This document shows, one piece after another, positions 50,092-60,293 of a stretch of 64,000 nucleotides of DNA (its first letter is position 1; each line of letters begins with the position of its first letter). Made by a program: the position numbers and the translations under genes. Below the pieces are notes generated by a model. The model was not told the DNA's origin. It searched no databases and was given only the letters and a program-made list of their open reading frames with translations. Source of the stretch: Nitrospirota bacterium (GTDB lineage Bacteria; Nitrospirota; UBA9217); contig CAWFSF010000005.1 of the NCBI GenBank assembly GCA_963818475.1, positions 512,001 through 576,000 of the forward strand, read 5' to 3'.

Positions 50092-51935
50092 ATGGCCGGA
50101 AAACGGACAGCAACCTTCGCAAGATCGGACAGACCACGTGGGACCTCACAGCCGCTGTTCAAAAACGACAGCGACCCGCTCATGGAGAAGAAGCGGAAGC
50201 GCGTTGAGAAGCAAAGCTACGCAGTTCATCAACGCCTGGAAGGACCGGACCGACTACCTGGAGGACCCGGTGGTGCTGCGCCAGGCCCTCGACCAGTACG
50301 AAGCATGGAAAGGCCGCTGCGGCACTGACGGCGACGAGGGATACTATTTCTGGCTCAGGACCCAGCAGGACCAGAACGATCCGAAGCTCAAGGCGCAGTT
50401 CAACAAGGTCGAGGCCTTCAGCAAGAAGATCGAGAACGACAGCCAGTTCTTTTATCTGCGCATCGCCCGGATCAAGCCGGAACAGCAGCAGAAGTTCCTG
50501 CAGCACGAGTCGCTCCGGAAGTACCGCCACTTCCTGGAACGGGTCTTTGCGGAATCGCGGTTCCATCTGAGCGAACCCGAGGAAAAGATCCTGAACCTCA
50601 AGGCTTCGACGTCCTACGCCAACTGGACAAAGATGACCTCGGGCTTCCTGTCAAAAGAGGAGCGCGTCATTGTTGCCGAGGACGGGACCCGCAAACCGCG
50701 TCTCCTTTTCCGAGATCGTGGGGCTCATGAACAGCAGGACGCAAACCGGTCCGGGATGCGGCAGCCGCGGCCTTCAACGACATCCTGCACAAGCACGTGG
50801 AGGTTGCCGAGGCGGAGCTCAACTCGGTGCTCCAGAACAAGAAGATCGATGACGAGCTCCGGGGCACGTCGCGGCCCGACCAGCTGCGCCATCTGAGCGA
50901 CGACATCGAGAGCGAGGTCGTGGACACGCTGATCGATTCCGTCTCGAGCCGGTTTACGATATCCTCCCGGTACTACGCGCTCAAGGCAAAACTGCTGAAG
51001 ATCAAAAAGCTCAAGTACCACGAACGGAACGTCGAGTACGGCGAAGTGGCAAAGAAGTACCCCTATCGCACGGCCGCTGAACCTCGTCCACTCCGTCATG
51101 AACAAGCTCGACCCGCAGTTCGGCAGGATCTTCGCCGGGTTCATCGAACACGGCCAGATCGACGCGCTCCCCAAAAAAGGCAAGGACAGCGGCGCGTTCT
51201 GCATCCACCATCTCATGACCCAGCCCACCTACATCCTGCTGAACCACACCGGCACGCTGCACGATGTGCTGACCATCGCGCACGAACTGGGTCACGGCAT
51301 CAACAACGAACTGATCCGTGAAAAGCAGCATGCCCTCGATTTCGGCACCCCGACCTCGACCGCCGAGGTGGCCAGCACCTTCATGGAGGACTTCGTGCTG
51401 GACGAGATCCTGCACACGGCCGACGACGAGCTGCGGCTTGCCATCATGATGCAGAAACTGAACGACGACGTCTCGTCCATCTTCAGGCAGGTGGCCTGCT
51501 ATCGCTTCGAGCAGGAGCTGCACCGGGAATACCGCAAGCGGGGATATCTGTCCAAGGAGGAGATCGGGGCGCTCTTCAGCAAGCACATGGAAGCCTACAT
51601 GGGACCTGCGGTGGAGCAGTCGGCCGGCGCCGAGAACTGGTGGGTCTACTGGAGCCACATCCGCTACTTCTTCTACGTCTATTCCTATGCAAGCGGACTT
51701 TTGATCTCCAAGTCGCTCCAGGCCGGGGTGAAGAAGGACCCGGCATACATCACGAAGGTAAAGGGTTTTCTTTCAGCAGGGCTGTCGGACTCCCCGAAGA
51801 ACATCTTTCTGAAGCTCGGCGTTGACATCGCGGACAGACGAGTTCTGGGACCGGGGGCTGGATCAGGTGGAAAAGCTGTTGAATGAGACAGAGGCGCTGG
51901 CGAAGAAGATGGGGAAGATAAAGGCAGGCCGCTAG
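50092..51935 (+). CDS. M3B oligoendopeptidase F family (multiple frameshifts)
   Basis: WDL near the start; GKDSGAF; TIAHELGH (HExxH); AEVASTF; FYVYSYA. Confidence 0.88.
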
Positions 51936-51957
51936 GGCGGGCGTATCGGCAAACGCA

Positions 51958-52124
51958 TGACCTTTAAAAAAGCATTTGGACACTGATAAAATCGGATAAG
52001 AGGCGGATAACGGCGGATTTTTCTTTGACGCGAGGTTCACCCATTAGGTGAGTGCTTTTGCTTTAGAATTTATCCGTGTAAATCAGATATTAATCCGCCT
52101 CTTCCGTGTCCAGGTTTTTAGATT
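51958..52124 (+). repeat. Phased-repeat palindromic element, 10-mer family
   Basis: Same arms; central TTCACCCATTAGGTGA hairpin. Confidence 0.85.
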
Positions 52125-52177
52125 GACTGACCCGGACAAGCCGGAACAACCTGGAAGAGCCTACATCAGAGCAAAAC

Positions 52178-52615
52178 TTAAAACTCGATTAGCGTTGCAT
52201 CCTTCTCGCGCATATTGTCGGCGATCGTCCAGAACCGTGCCATGCCGTGAGGCAGCCGCAAAAGAATGAACTCCGGGCTGTCAGCGGTAAAATCCTTGAG
52301 GTAGCTCTTTTCCTCGATCAGCTTCTGCTTCTTTTCGCGGTCATCCACGAATTCGATCGTACCGGCGATGCGCAGCATGATGCCGAAACCCGACGTGAGA
52401 TAGCAGAGCTCGACCTTCGGATTCCTGACCAGTTGTTTATACACATCCTTGGGCGCGCCGGTCGTGAAGTATATCCTGTCGTCATCAAAGAAGACCGTGA
52501 AGAATCCGCGCACGCGCGGCTGGTCAGCCTCAATAGTCGCCAGCATGCAAACGGGGTTCTTTTTGATAAACTCGACAACATCACGGTATGAAGACATCTG
52601 ATTCCGTTTCCGCAT
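52178..52615 (-). CDS. Pyridoxamine 5'-phosphate oxidase-like FMN-binding protein
   Basis: LATIEADQPRVR, IYFTT, KQLVRNPKVEL. Confidence 0.85.
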   Translation of the reverse strand: MRKRNQMSSYRDVVEFIKKNPVCMLATIEADQPRVRGFFTVFFDDDRIYFTTGAPKDVYKQLVRNPKVELCYLTSGFGIMLRIAGTIEFVDDREKKQKLIEEKSYLKDFTADSPEFILLRLPHGMARFWTIADNMREKDATLIEF

Positions 52616-52625
52616 AGAAGCTCCC

Positions 52626-52765
52626 GACCACGAGACACAGAGAACAGCAAAGACCCTTTAACACTGAAAAGCCATGATGTCTTATGATTACCACGGATAC
52701 ATCATAAAAAATCAGTGAAAATCAGTGTCAAAAATGAGATTCGTGTCTTGATGACCGTGGCCCCT
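52626..52765. repeat. Nested/degenerate phased-repeat elements
   Basis: Outer accacgagacacagag...ttcgtgtcttgatgaccgtgg; inner acactga...atcagtgaaaatcagtgtca. Confidence 0.55.
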
Positions 52766-52776
52766 TTTTATTCCAC

Positions 52777-54036
52777 CTACAACTCCCAGGGATAACCAAT
52801 AAATATGCTCGGCGACACGCCTTCCCTGCCTGTCGCCACGTCGGCCCGAAACACGACGCCCGAGGCCGTGACCATGCGCAGGCCTATGCCGGTTGTCGAG
52901 CGCCAGATGTCGCCCACCTCGCTCCGCAGGTCAGCAGTGCTCCCGAGCTCGTAGTAGAACGCAATCTGCCAGGCAGTTCTGATGTCTTTCATGATGAAAA
53001 TATCGTAGGGCGTTGACTCGTCGGTCAGGTTCCACCGGATCTCCGTGCCGTAGAAGCGCGTGTGAGCGCCGGAGTAGCGGCCATTGGAATAGGACCTGAG
53101 ACGGCTGAACCCACCGAGCGAACTGGCCGTGCCGTAGGTGTTGTTTGCGACCGTGTTTTTGACGACGTCATGGCAGCGCTGCCGCTCCGTAAGGTCGGCA
53201 ATGGTATCGCAGGCAAGCCCCAGATCCGTTTCTACGTCAACAGGATTGATCTCCCCCTGTCGCCTGACATGGGCATCGGAGTGAAAATAGTTTAACGCCC
53301 AGGTACTGCGCCTGCCGAGTGGAACATAGCCGGTGAAGCTCATATCCTGAACATAAAAATCAGGCCCGGAGTCCCTGGGTGGGGTCAGTGACCGGCTGAT
53401 GTCGAGCCGCACACCGCGCCGAGGGTCCGCGTAATCGTCGGTGAGGTCGACACGGGTGCCCAGAATCGTAACATGCCCCCGGTCCACCTGCGAGCTCTGG
53501 GTCTCAATAATAATGTTGCCGTCCCTGTTACGGATACTTTTTACCTGCGACCTTCCCTGGTAATAGGCGCCGTAGAGCTCAAACCTGCGTTCGAGAAACG
53601 TTGCAGTCATGCGCGAACCATAGTAGGTCATGTCGCCCAGTTCGATATTCGAATAATCGTTTTTGTCCGTGTTCATTCCCCGCTGGCTGTAGCTCTGGAT
53701 CGTCGCCGAACTGATGCTGCTGAAACCGGTGTCGAGGAGCAGGGTATCCGGAATGACATGCACCTCTGCAACGCCCAGGGCCAGACCAACGATATCTCCG
53801 CCAAAGGCCATGCCATAGGCATCGGCGTGCGTGCCTGCAAAGTTTCTGGCGCCCCCGACAAGGCCCAGCCCTGTCCCGATGCCGGGCAAGCTGTAGGGAT
53901 AGGGAAAGAGCGCGTAGCCGAAATCGGTTGCGAATTGATCTTTACGGCGATCAGGGAAGATGGATGCTTCGGCCATACTGCCGAGGACGAGCGCAAGGAC
54001 CACAAAAAACAAAAATCTCCGTACCTTTTTTTCCAT
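52777..54036 (-). CDS. Omp85/BamA-like outer-membrane beta-barrel, no obvious POTRA domains
   Basis: Signal peptide; DDYADPRRG; LGGFSRLRSY (VRGY-like); ends IGYPWEL. Confidence 0.65.
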   Translation of the reverse strand: MEKKVRRFLFFVVLALVLGSMAEASIFPDRRKDQFATDFGYALFPYPYSLPGIGTGLGLVGGARNFAGTHADAYGMAFGGDIVGLALGVAEVHVIPDTLLLDTGFSSISSATIQSYSQRGMNTDKNDYSNIELGDMTYYGSRMTATFLERRFELYGAYYQGRSQVKSIRNRDGNIIIETQSSQVDRGHVTILGTRVDLTDDYADPRRGVRLDISRSLTPPRDSGPDFYVQDMSFTGYVPLGRRSTWALNYFHSDAHVRRQGEINPVDVETDLGLACDTIADLTERQRCHDVVKNTVANNTYGTASSLGGFSRLRSYSNGRYSGAHTRFYGTEIRWNLTDESTPYDIFIMKDIRTAWQIAFYYELGSTADLRSEVGDIWRSTTGIGLRMVTASGVVFRADVATGREGVSPSIFIGYPWEL

Positions 54037-54074
54037 CCCCCCACCTTCTTCGGATATACCGGGCTTTATTCTAT

Positions 54075-54198
54075 CAACCACAAAATGCACAAAAATCACA
54101 TAAAAAACAAGCGTACGCTTTTTTGAAATACCGCACCGGCGTGATGAAAGCTAAAATCGCGATTTATCTGTGTGACTTTTGTGCTTTCTGTGGCTAAC
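54075..54198. repeat. Phased-repeat palindromic element (CACAAA/TTTGTG type)
   Basis: accacaaaatgcacaaaaatcacat ... ctgtgtgacttttgtgctttctgtggct. Confidence 0.7.
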
Positions 54199-54208
54199 CG
54201 CTGTAGGT

Positions 54209-54502
54209 TTATCCGCAGCAGCTGTTCCCCGTCCCGCTGCAATCACAGGACGGCGCGCCGCCGTAGATAAGGCTGTTGATGATGGCAGCGGCGCACCCCA
54301 CGCCCGTACTCACCGTGATTGCGCCGAATTCGCAGTTTTTTGCGCAGGCGCCGCACTCCATGCAGCGGTCGCGGTCGGTGATGCTGGCGCGCTTGTCCTG
54401 CATGGCGAACACTGCGTGCGGACAGACCTCGACGCACCTGCCGCAGCCCGTGCATTTGTCGGAGAAAAACTGCAATGTCGATACGTTCGCGAGATATTTC
54501 AT
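54209..54502 (-). CDS. hgcB: Mercury methylation ferredoxin HgcB
   Basis: MKYLANVSTL; two CxxCxxCxxxC motifs including CMECGAC; GVGCAAA; C-terminal CC; directly after hgcA. Confidence 0.93.
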   Translation of the reverse strand: MKYLANVSTLQFFSDKCTGCGRCVEVCPHAVFAMQDKRASITDRDRCMECGACAKNCEFGAITVSTGVGCAAAIINSLIYGGAPSCDCSGTGNSCCG

Positions 54503-54514
54503 AGGACCTCCCAC

Positions 54515-55580
54515 TCACGGAGTTTGAACAAGCACCACCAGCAGCAGCGAAACCACCGTGATTATTATATACAGCGGAATGCCGATCTTCAACTCTTTAT
54601 TCACGCCGGACATGCCGGTGTAGGTGGTCGAGCCGGTGAACTGGAGCGCAATGTATGAGCTCAGGGCCGGAAAAAACAGGTAGATTGCTGCGAGCAGAAA
54701 GCGCGCTTTGTCCGGGAACGCCGGCCATTGCCTGCATGGTCAGAAACGTTATGAGCATGCCCATGATCCAGCCCTTGATCGCAAAGGAGCGGAAGGGAAC
54801 GAAGGGCAGCAGGACCGGCGTCACGAAGGCGCCGGCAAACACCGCTGAAAGACCGAGCGCGAGGAACGGCATGCCTCCCTGCCAGGCCTGCTTGAACAGA
54901 ATTCCCGTTGGCGCAAGCCCGAAGAGCAGAAGCACGACTCCGGCGAACCAGGGATATTTCTTCATGATCGGATTGATCTCCATGGGCGTAAGCACCAGCC
55001 GGTCGAGCAAAGAAAACCTGATCTCGCTCATTTCCTTCGTCTTTTTGTACCCTGCTGCAACATATGCCGGGATGTCCCGCGCTTCCACCGGGCCGAAGGA
55101 GACCCGGAACCCTGTTTCCTTCTGGACTTTGGCTGCAGAGACGCCCACGGCCCCGAGCTGCGGCAGAATGATGCGGCGGTGGCCGACCACGTCGCTGAGG
55201 CGGACAAGGCTGATCTGCCTGACCAGCTCGTCGGTCCCGAAGGTGCCCTTCCCTGCCGCGCACCAGACATTGATGCTCTTCGTGTCGAGCACCAGGACCC
55301 AGGCATGCATTCCCTTGAGCGATTTCCGGACGATGTCGAAGCTCAGCTTGTAGTTCGCGGTCACAAAGACGTCGGAATCCTTTGTAGCTTCGCCCACGGC
55401 ATAGAGCCCGGGCGGTACCGTGTAATGCATGCGATAGGCGCCGATACGGCTTTTGATCATGCCGAGCACATCGGCCTGCGACCAGTCGGACGAGACCCGC
55501 GAGACCGCACCTCCAGGAGTTTTAACACTGCCCGACACCCAGTGCGGGATCTCTTTTTTTATGAATGGAATGATCTCCAT
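54515..55580 (-). CDS. hgcA: Mercury methylation corrinoid protein HgcA (frameshift near 54690)
   Basis: PGLYAVG, VTANYKLSFD, cap helix INVWCAAGKGTFG, LPQLGA; TM region; FTGSTTYT in the next frame. Confidence 0.95.
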
Positions 55581-55594
55581 AAGGTCCTCCGATG

Positions 55595-55873
55595 CTACAG
55601 GATGTCCTTCATTACGGGCCCCAGCACCCCTTTGACCATCACTTCAAGGTTCTCCGCCTTGATCAGGGCGATGCAGCAGATCTCGCCGTCCTTTTCCCAG
55701 CTCGTAACAGCGAACTTGTCGCCCGCCTTGATGCCCGCCCGGGCACGCAACTCCTTCGGCAGCACCATCTGCCCCCGTTCGTCGACCGTAATGATCGCCT
55801 CGACAGCGCAGCACCCGGCGCGCTTGTTCAGCGCGGTCTTTCCTGATCCTTTATCCTTCGCCGCCAGCACCAT
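55595..55873 (-). CDS. hgcC: AbrB/MazE-fold HgcAB-associated protein (HgcC-type)
   Basis: CCAVEAIITVDERGQMVLPKELR; second CC pair; SD AAGGAGG; first gene of the hgc operon. Confidence 0.8.
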   Translation of the reverse strand: MVLAAKDKGSGKTALNKRAGCCAVEAIITVDERGQMVLPKELRARAGIKAGDKFAVTSWEKDGEICCIALIKAENLEVMVKGVLGPVMKDIL

Positions 55874-55920
55874 ACCCGCCTCCTTCTGCACGTCCATATC
55901 AGCACAATCTGATAAGTAAG

Positions 55921-55949
55921 AATATACTGATTTGTCCGTATTTTGTCAA
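55921..55949 (-). promoter_or_regulatory. sigma70 promoter of hgcC-hgcA-hgcB
   Basis: TTGACA-17-TATATT. Confidence 0.8.
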
Positions 55950-55981
55950 GGGCAAATTCTTGATTCGCCGGGAGATGCTTT

Positions 55982-56142
55982 ATCCTTAAAACATTTGGAC
56001 ACGGATTAACACGGATAAGAGCCGGATAACGGCGGATTATTTCTTTTATAAGATGTTCACCCAATAGGTGAATGCTTTAGAATTTATCCGCGTTAATCAG
56101 ATGTTTCCGATTCTTCCGTGTCCAAATGCCGTTTTTAGGTTT
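55982..56142 (+). repeat. Phased-repeat palindromic element, 10-mer family
   Basis: Same arms; central TTCACCCAATAGGTGAA hairpin. Confidence 0.85.
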
Positions 56143-56428
56143 ATCCGGCAGCGGTCGTCGCAAGCTCTCTGGGGCCAGAAGAAGGAAAGCCGATTCGGTT
56201 TTCTCTTTTATAATGCCCGACTCGTAGCGCAACTTCAGAATGAGTATAGTTTTGTGAAGGCAGCGGAAAACGAAAATCAAGGTATGGGACAGACGGGAGA
56301 GCGGCATCCGCCGGGATGTGGCGACCAAAAATCCGACGAAGCGGCGGCAAGAGTGTTTTCAGGGAGCCAATCGTGCCGGTAATGAGGGTGGATTGTCAAC
56401 CCCGAACATTGTTAAAACAGCAGTGTCC

Positions 56429-57637
56429 TTACCGGTCCCTATGGATAGCATCATAGGGCTCTCGTTGGATGCTCTTTACCGCCGGATAGAGGACTGCCGC
56501 AGCGCCCGAGAGCAGCATGAGCAGAAAGCAGGCGAGGCCGATCGTCCCGATCATCGCGTACGATGGCCACAGGAACTGGATATTGCCCAGATAGACGATG
56601 ATCTGCTGCTTGAACTTGACAATGAAGATCCATGCCAGGCCGATGCCCGCGGCCCCGCCGGTTCCCGTTAGCAGTACCGCCTCGGTAACGAGCAGCCGGA
56701 GCACGTGCATCCTGGTGGCGCCCATTGCCCGCAGAATGCCGAGTTCCCGTTCCCGCTCGTTCACGGTCATGGCGAACACCAGCCCCATCATGATCAGCAG
56801 CATAAACCAGAAGATCACGCCCACGGCAAAAACGCCCCAAAGCGCAGACGAGACGTCCTTGCGCACAGCAATAATGAAGTCCTTGGTGACGATCGCTTTA
56901 AGATCAGGCAAGGCTGCCTCTATCGACCGGCCCACCGCATGGATGTCGTAAGCCGGAGCAACGCGCACCAGGACCGACGATATCTGCCTACTGTTAACAT
57001 TGAGAGGAACCCGCAATATCGTCTTCGAGTGCTCGATCATATCGCCGGCCGCGTCGATAGTCATGAAGACGGAACGATCCAGCAAGCCAAGGCCTGTGGG
57101 ATGTAGTACCGCACCGATCCGGAATTGCTTGCCATAATACATCATTTCCTTGCTAGTTACATAGGCGAGGCTCGAGCCGATCGTCACGGGATCGTCGTTT
57201 TCATTTCCTTTGCGCGGACTAATGGCAGACCGAATCCAGGGCGATATGGTAAAATCCGTATCAGGGTCGTATCCCACGAGGAGCGTCAGGGGAGTGCCGC
57301 AGCAAGCAAGCCTCGCTGAAGTCATAAAGAGTTGAGGTGACGCCTTGGCGACCCCTTGCACAGCAGCGACGGCAGCGAGATTCTTTCGGTCCATGTAAAA
57401 ACTTGTCGGTTCCCCGGCAAGCAGGATTTTCCGGCTTGCAGCCACATGCGCGGCGGGTACGACCATAATGTCAGCGCCAAGCCGCTCCATGCCGAGCTCA
57501 ACACTCCCCTCAACCGCTTTCAGGACCGTTGTGGCGCTGAAGAAGAATCCACTGGCGAGGGCGGCTGCAAAAATGATGGCTATGCTTCTGACGCGCTTAC
57601 GGAGAAGATTTTTCAAGGCTAATTTACATAGTGTCAT
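56429..57637 (-). CDS. MacB/FtsX/LolE-type ABC permease
   Basis: LALKNLLRK, RLGADIMVVP, VNERERELGILRAMGA. Confidence 0.88.
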   Translation of the reverse strand: MTLCKLALKNLLRKRVRSIAIIFAAALASGFFFSATTVLKAVEGSVELGMERLGADIMVVPAAHVAASRKILLAGEPTSFYMDRKNLAAVAAVQGVAKASPQLFMTSARLACCGTPLTLLVGYDPDTDFTISPWIRSAISPRKGNENDDPVTIGSSLAYVTSKEMMYYGKQFRIGAVLHPTGLGLLDRSVFMTIDAAGDMIEHSKTILRVPLNVNSRQISSVLVRVAPAYDIHAVGRSIEAALPDLKAIVTKDFIIAVRKDVSSALWGVFAVGVIFWFMLLIMMGLVFAMTVNERERELGILRAMGATRMHVLRLLVTEAVLLTGTGGAAGIGLAWIFIVKFKQQIIVYLGNIQFLWPSYAMIGTIGLACFLLMLLSGAAAVLYPAVKSIQREPYDAIHRDR

Positions 57638-57763
57638 ATAAATACACGTCCATAAAAAAAGAATAAGTTCGTCTTCGCAAACCATTTAGAAAGACGTAAC
57701 GTTTGCGGAGCGATCAGGTTGCTAGTATACCTGTTTTACCGGCTCTCGAGTCAAATTTTCACT

Positions 57764-57795
57764 AAAAAAAGGGGAGCGGCATGACCCGCTCCCCC
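57764..57795 (-). terminator. Intrinsic terminator
   Basis: GGGGAGCGG..CCGCTCCCC followed by T7 on the minus strand. Confidence 0.8.
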
Positions 57796-57820
57796 GATGA
57801 TATATTATTACACCCTGTTC

Positions 57821-60076
57821 TTACAGCTTCGCGTCAGTAACGATGTCCGATTTCTTTATTGCATCGATGTACGCGGGATAGCTCATGGTCATCGGAACAA
57901 AGTAATCGGCTGTCTGGCCCGACGCGCAGTAAACGATTTGCGCCTGCGCAGCTGCTGTAGTTGCGATCGTCGCATCATGGACCACAGTAGCATTAAACGT
58001 TGCAGTCGACACGTCGACATACCCGAGGTGGGTACGGCCGTTTAGTGCACCGCCTGACCCATCAGCCACAATCGCCGAATAGTATACCCTCTTCGCTTTG
58101 GCATCATAGCGCACATCATGGAAATTGTGCGTTTTGTTAAGTGCGCCTATTTCTGAGGAGAGCTGGACCTTGTCTTTCGCCGTCACAACGATTTTGTTAT
58201 CCGCGGTAGTGCCGGCCGGATTGATCGTCACTGCAACCCTGACAATATGTCCTCCGCCCGTTGACGCCATGTAGATGGTACCACTATAGGTGCCGTCATG
58301 GTTGTCCTTAATCGGGCCGTCAATACCGCAGGTCACATGGGCCACGGTGTCATTGTGGCATCCGCCGCAGGTGTTCACGGGATTGCCGACTGCGCCGTAT
58401 TGTCCGGTCTGAATGTTATAGAGCTGGAGACCGCTGGTGTTTTGTGTTTCAGTTCCGTTTTTGTACCGCAGCGCAAGGAGGGCGTACTTGCCGTCCGGCG
58501 TGGGCATAACATCGTGGTTCTCGCCGCCGATCGCGGTGTCGTTGCTCAATTCCGACAGGTCCGTAGCGTCGAGCACAACCAGACGGTCCGCGCCAGCTTG
58601 AAGAATCTTGCTGCCGTCGGGCGTAAAGGTCGAACGGAAGGCGACTGCTGCCGAGGTCGTCGGCGATGTAGTCATCACACTTGAGGTGTTTACCGTGCCT
58701 GCAAGAATATCGCTCATTTTAAGCAAATAACCCGTGAAGTTGCCTGTCATATTATCGCCGACGCCGCCGCCACCCGCTGTGGTCTCGTTCACCGCAACGT
58801 AGAGCTGTTTCGGCGTACTGGTCAGGGCCGCTCCGGTCTTCACCGTGTTTTTCCTGATAACATCGATGTACGCGGGATAGCTCATGGTCATCGGAATATA
58901 GTAATCAGCTGTCTGGGCCGACGCGCAGTAAACGATCTGCGCCTGCGCAGCTGCCGTGGTTTCGATCGTTGCATCATGGACTGCATTGGAGGCTCCAATG
59001 TCGACATACCCGAGGTGGGTCTGGCCATTAACTGCTCCGCCGGCAGAATCGGCAACGATCGCCGAATAGTAAACTCTATTCGTAGCAGCATCATAACGCA
59101 CATCATGGAAATTATGTGTTTTGTTGGTTGCGCCGAATGTTGAAGTGAGATTGATCTTGGTTATCGCCCCCACAGCGATTTCGTTACCAGTGTTTGTCGG
59201 GTCAATTGTCACGGGGACCCTGACAATGTGTCCTCCGCTCGTTGACGCCATGTAGATCGTACCGGTATAGGGACCGGTACCGGTCAAGGGTCCGTCAATA
59301 CCGCAGGTCACATGGCCCACGGTGGCGCTATTATGGCAATCGCCGCAGGTGTTCACGGGATTGCCGACTGCGCCGTACTGTCCGGTCTGAATGTTATAGA
59401 GCTGGAGACCGCTGGTGTTAAATGCTTCTGCTCCGTTTTTGTACCGCAGCGCAAGGAGGGCGTACTTGCCGTCCGGCGTGGGCATAACATCGTGGTTCTC
59501 GCCGCCGATGTTGGTGTCGGTGCTCAATGTCGCAAGGGTAGAACCATCGAGCACAACCAGACGGTCCGCGCCTGCCTGGAGGATCTTGCTGCCGTCCGGC
59601 GTAAAGGTCGAACGGAAGGCGACCGCTGCCGGGGTTGCCGGCGATGTTGCGATCACACTTGATGTGCTTACCGTGCCGGCGAGGACATCGCTCATATCGA
59701 GCAAATAGCCCGTGAAGTTGCCTGTCATATTATCGCCGACGCCACCGCCGCCCGCTGTTGTTTCGTTCACTGCAACGTAGAGTTTTGATTTGTCAGGGCT
59801 GTTGACGCCGTGAGCGTAAATATAGTCGGGGCTGGTTCTGAAGTCTGAGATCATGATCCTTTTGTAATCCGCCGGGCTGTTCACGCCGTGGGCGTAGATA
59901 TAGTCTGGGTTGGTTCTGAAATCCGAGATCATGGTCCTTTTGAATAAAGTTGCTGCGCCGGGTCCCGGATCTGAACCGCCACCGCCACCACCGCCACAGT
60001 TTACGAGCACGGCGAGAGCCAGCATGAGGGACAGGCAAACAAGCACTGTCTTCTTCACAAAACTGTTGAGCTTCAT
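57821..60076 (-). CDS. Lipoprotein with two beta-propeller repeats, each carrying one c-type heme motif
   Basis: Lipobox LVNC followed by poly-Gly; TPDG/SPD turns; CGDCH and CGGCH; internal duplication of about 310 aa. Confidence 0.8.
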   Translation of the reverse strand: MKLNSFVKKTVLVCLSLMLALAVLVNCGGGGGGGSDPGPGAATLFKRTMISDFRTNPDYIYAHGVNSPADYKRIMISDFRTSPDYIYAHGVNSPDKSKLYVAVNETTAGGGGVGDNMTGNFTGYLLDMSDVLAGTVSTSSVIATSPATPAAVAFRSTFTPDGSKILQAGADRLVVLDGSTLATLSTDTNIGGENHDVMPTPDGKYALLALRYKNGAEAFNTSGLQLYNIQTGQYGAVGNPVNTCGDCHNSATVGHVTCGIDGPLTGTGPYTGTIYMASTSGGHIVRVPVTIDPTNTGNEIAVGAITKINLTSTFGATNKTHNFHDVRYDAATNRVYYSAIVADSAGGAVNGQTHLGYVDIGASNAVHDATIETTAAAQAQIVYCASAQTADYYIPMTMSYPAYIDVIRKNTVKTGAALTSTPKQLYVAVNETTAGGGGVGDNMTGNFTGYLLKMSDILAGTVNTSSVMTTSPTTSAAVAFRSTFTPDGSKILQAGADRLVVLDATDLSELSNDTAIGGENHDVMPTPDGKYALLALRYKNGTETQNTSGLQLYNIQTGQYGAVGNPVNTCGGCHNDTVAHVTCGIDGPIKDNHDGTYSGTIYMASTGGGHIVRVAVTINPAGTTADNKIVVTAKDKVQLSSEIGALNKTHNFHDVRYDAKAKRVYYSAIVADGSGGALNGRTHLGYVDVSTATFNATVVHDATIATTAAAQAQIVYCASGQTADYFVPMTMSYPAYIDAIKKSDIVTDAKL

Positions 60077-60293
60077 GTTCTTTTTCCTCCCCTTTTTTAG
60101 TTATTGTTTCGACACAATCAAAAAATCCATTTCGCAATCTACGGCAATGGCGGCCTTTACACCTCCTTAAATCGATTTTAAACAGGGTGTCACGATCTTT
60201 TTTTGTGATCGCATAGTGTCCCTGTGCGATAAGTGAGAGGGATACCTCATGCGGATAACGACATTTTTCCGCCACGCTTTCAATCATTTTCGA

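Noticed and set aside
54515-55580. CdhD/CdhE acetyl-CoA synthase corrinoid subunit
   Set aside because: The cap-helix Cys motif, C-terminal TM region and adjacent hgcB identify it as HgcA
29763-56142. CGGATAA-type repeats read as mini-CRISPRs
   Set aside because: Period is about 10 nt, arms are inverted, and there are no unique 30-40 nt spacers
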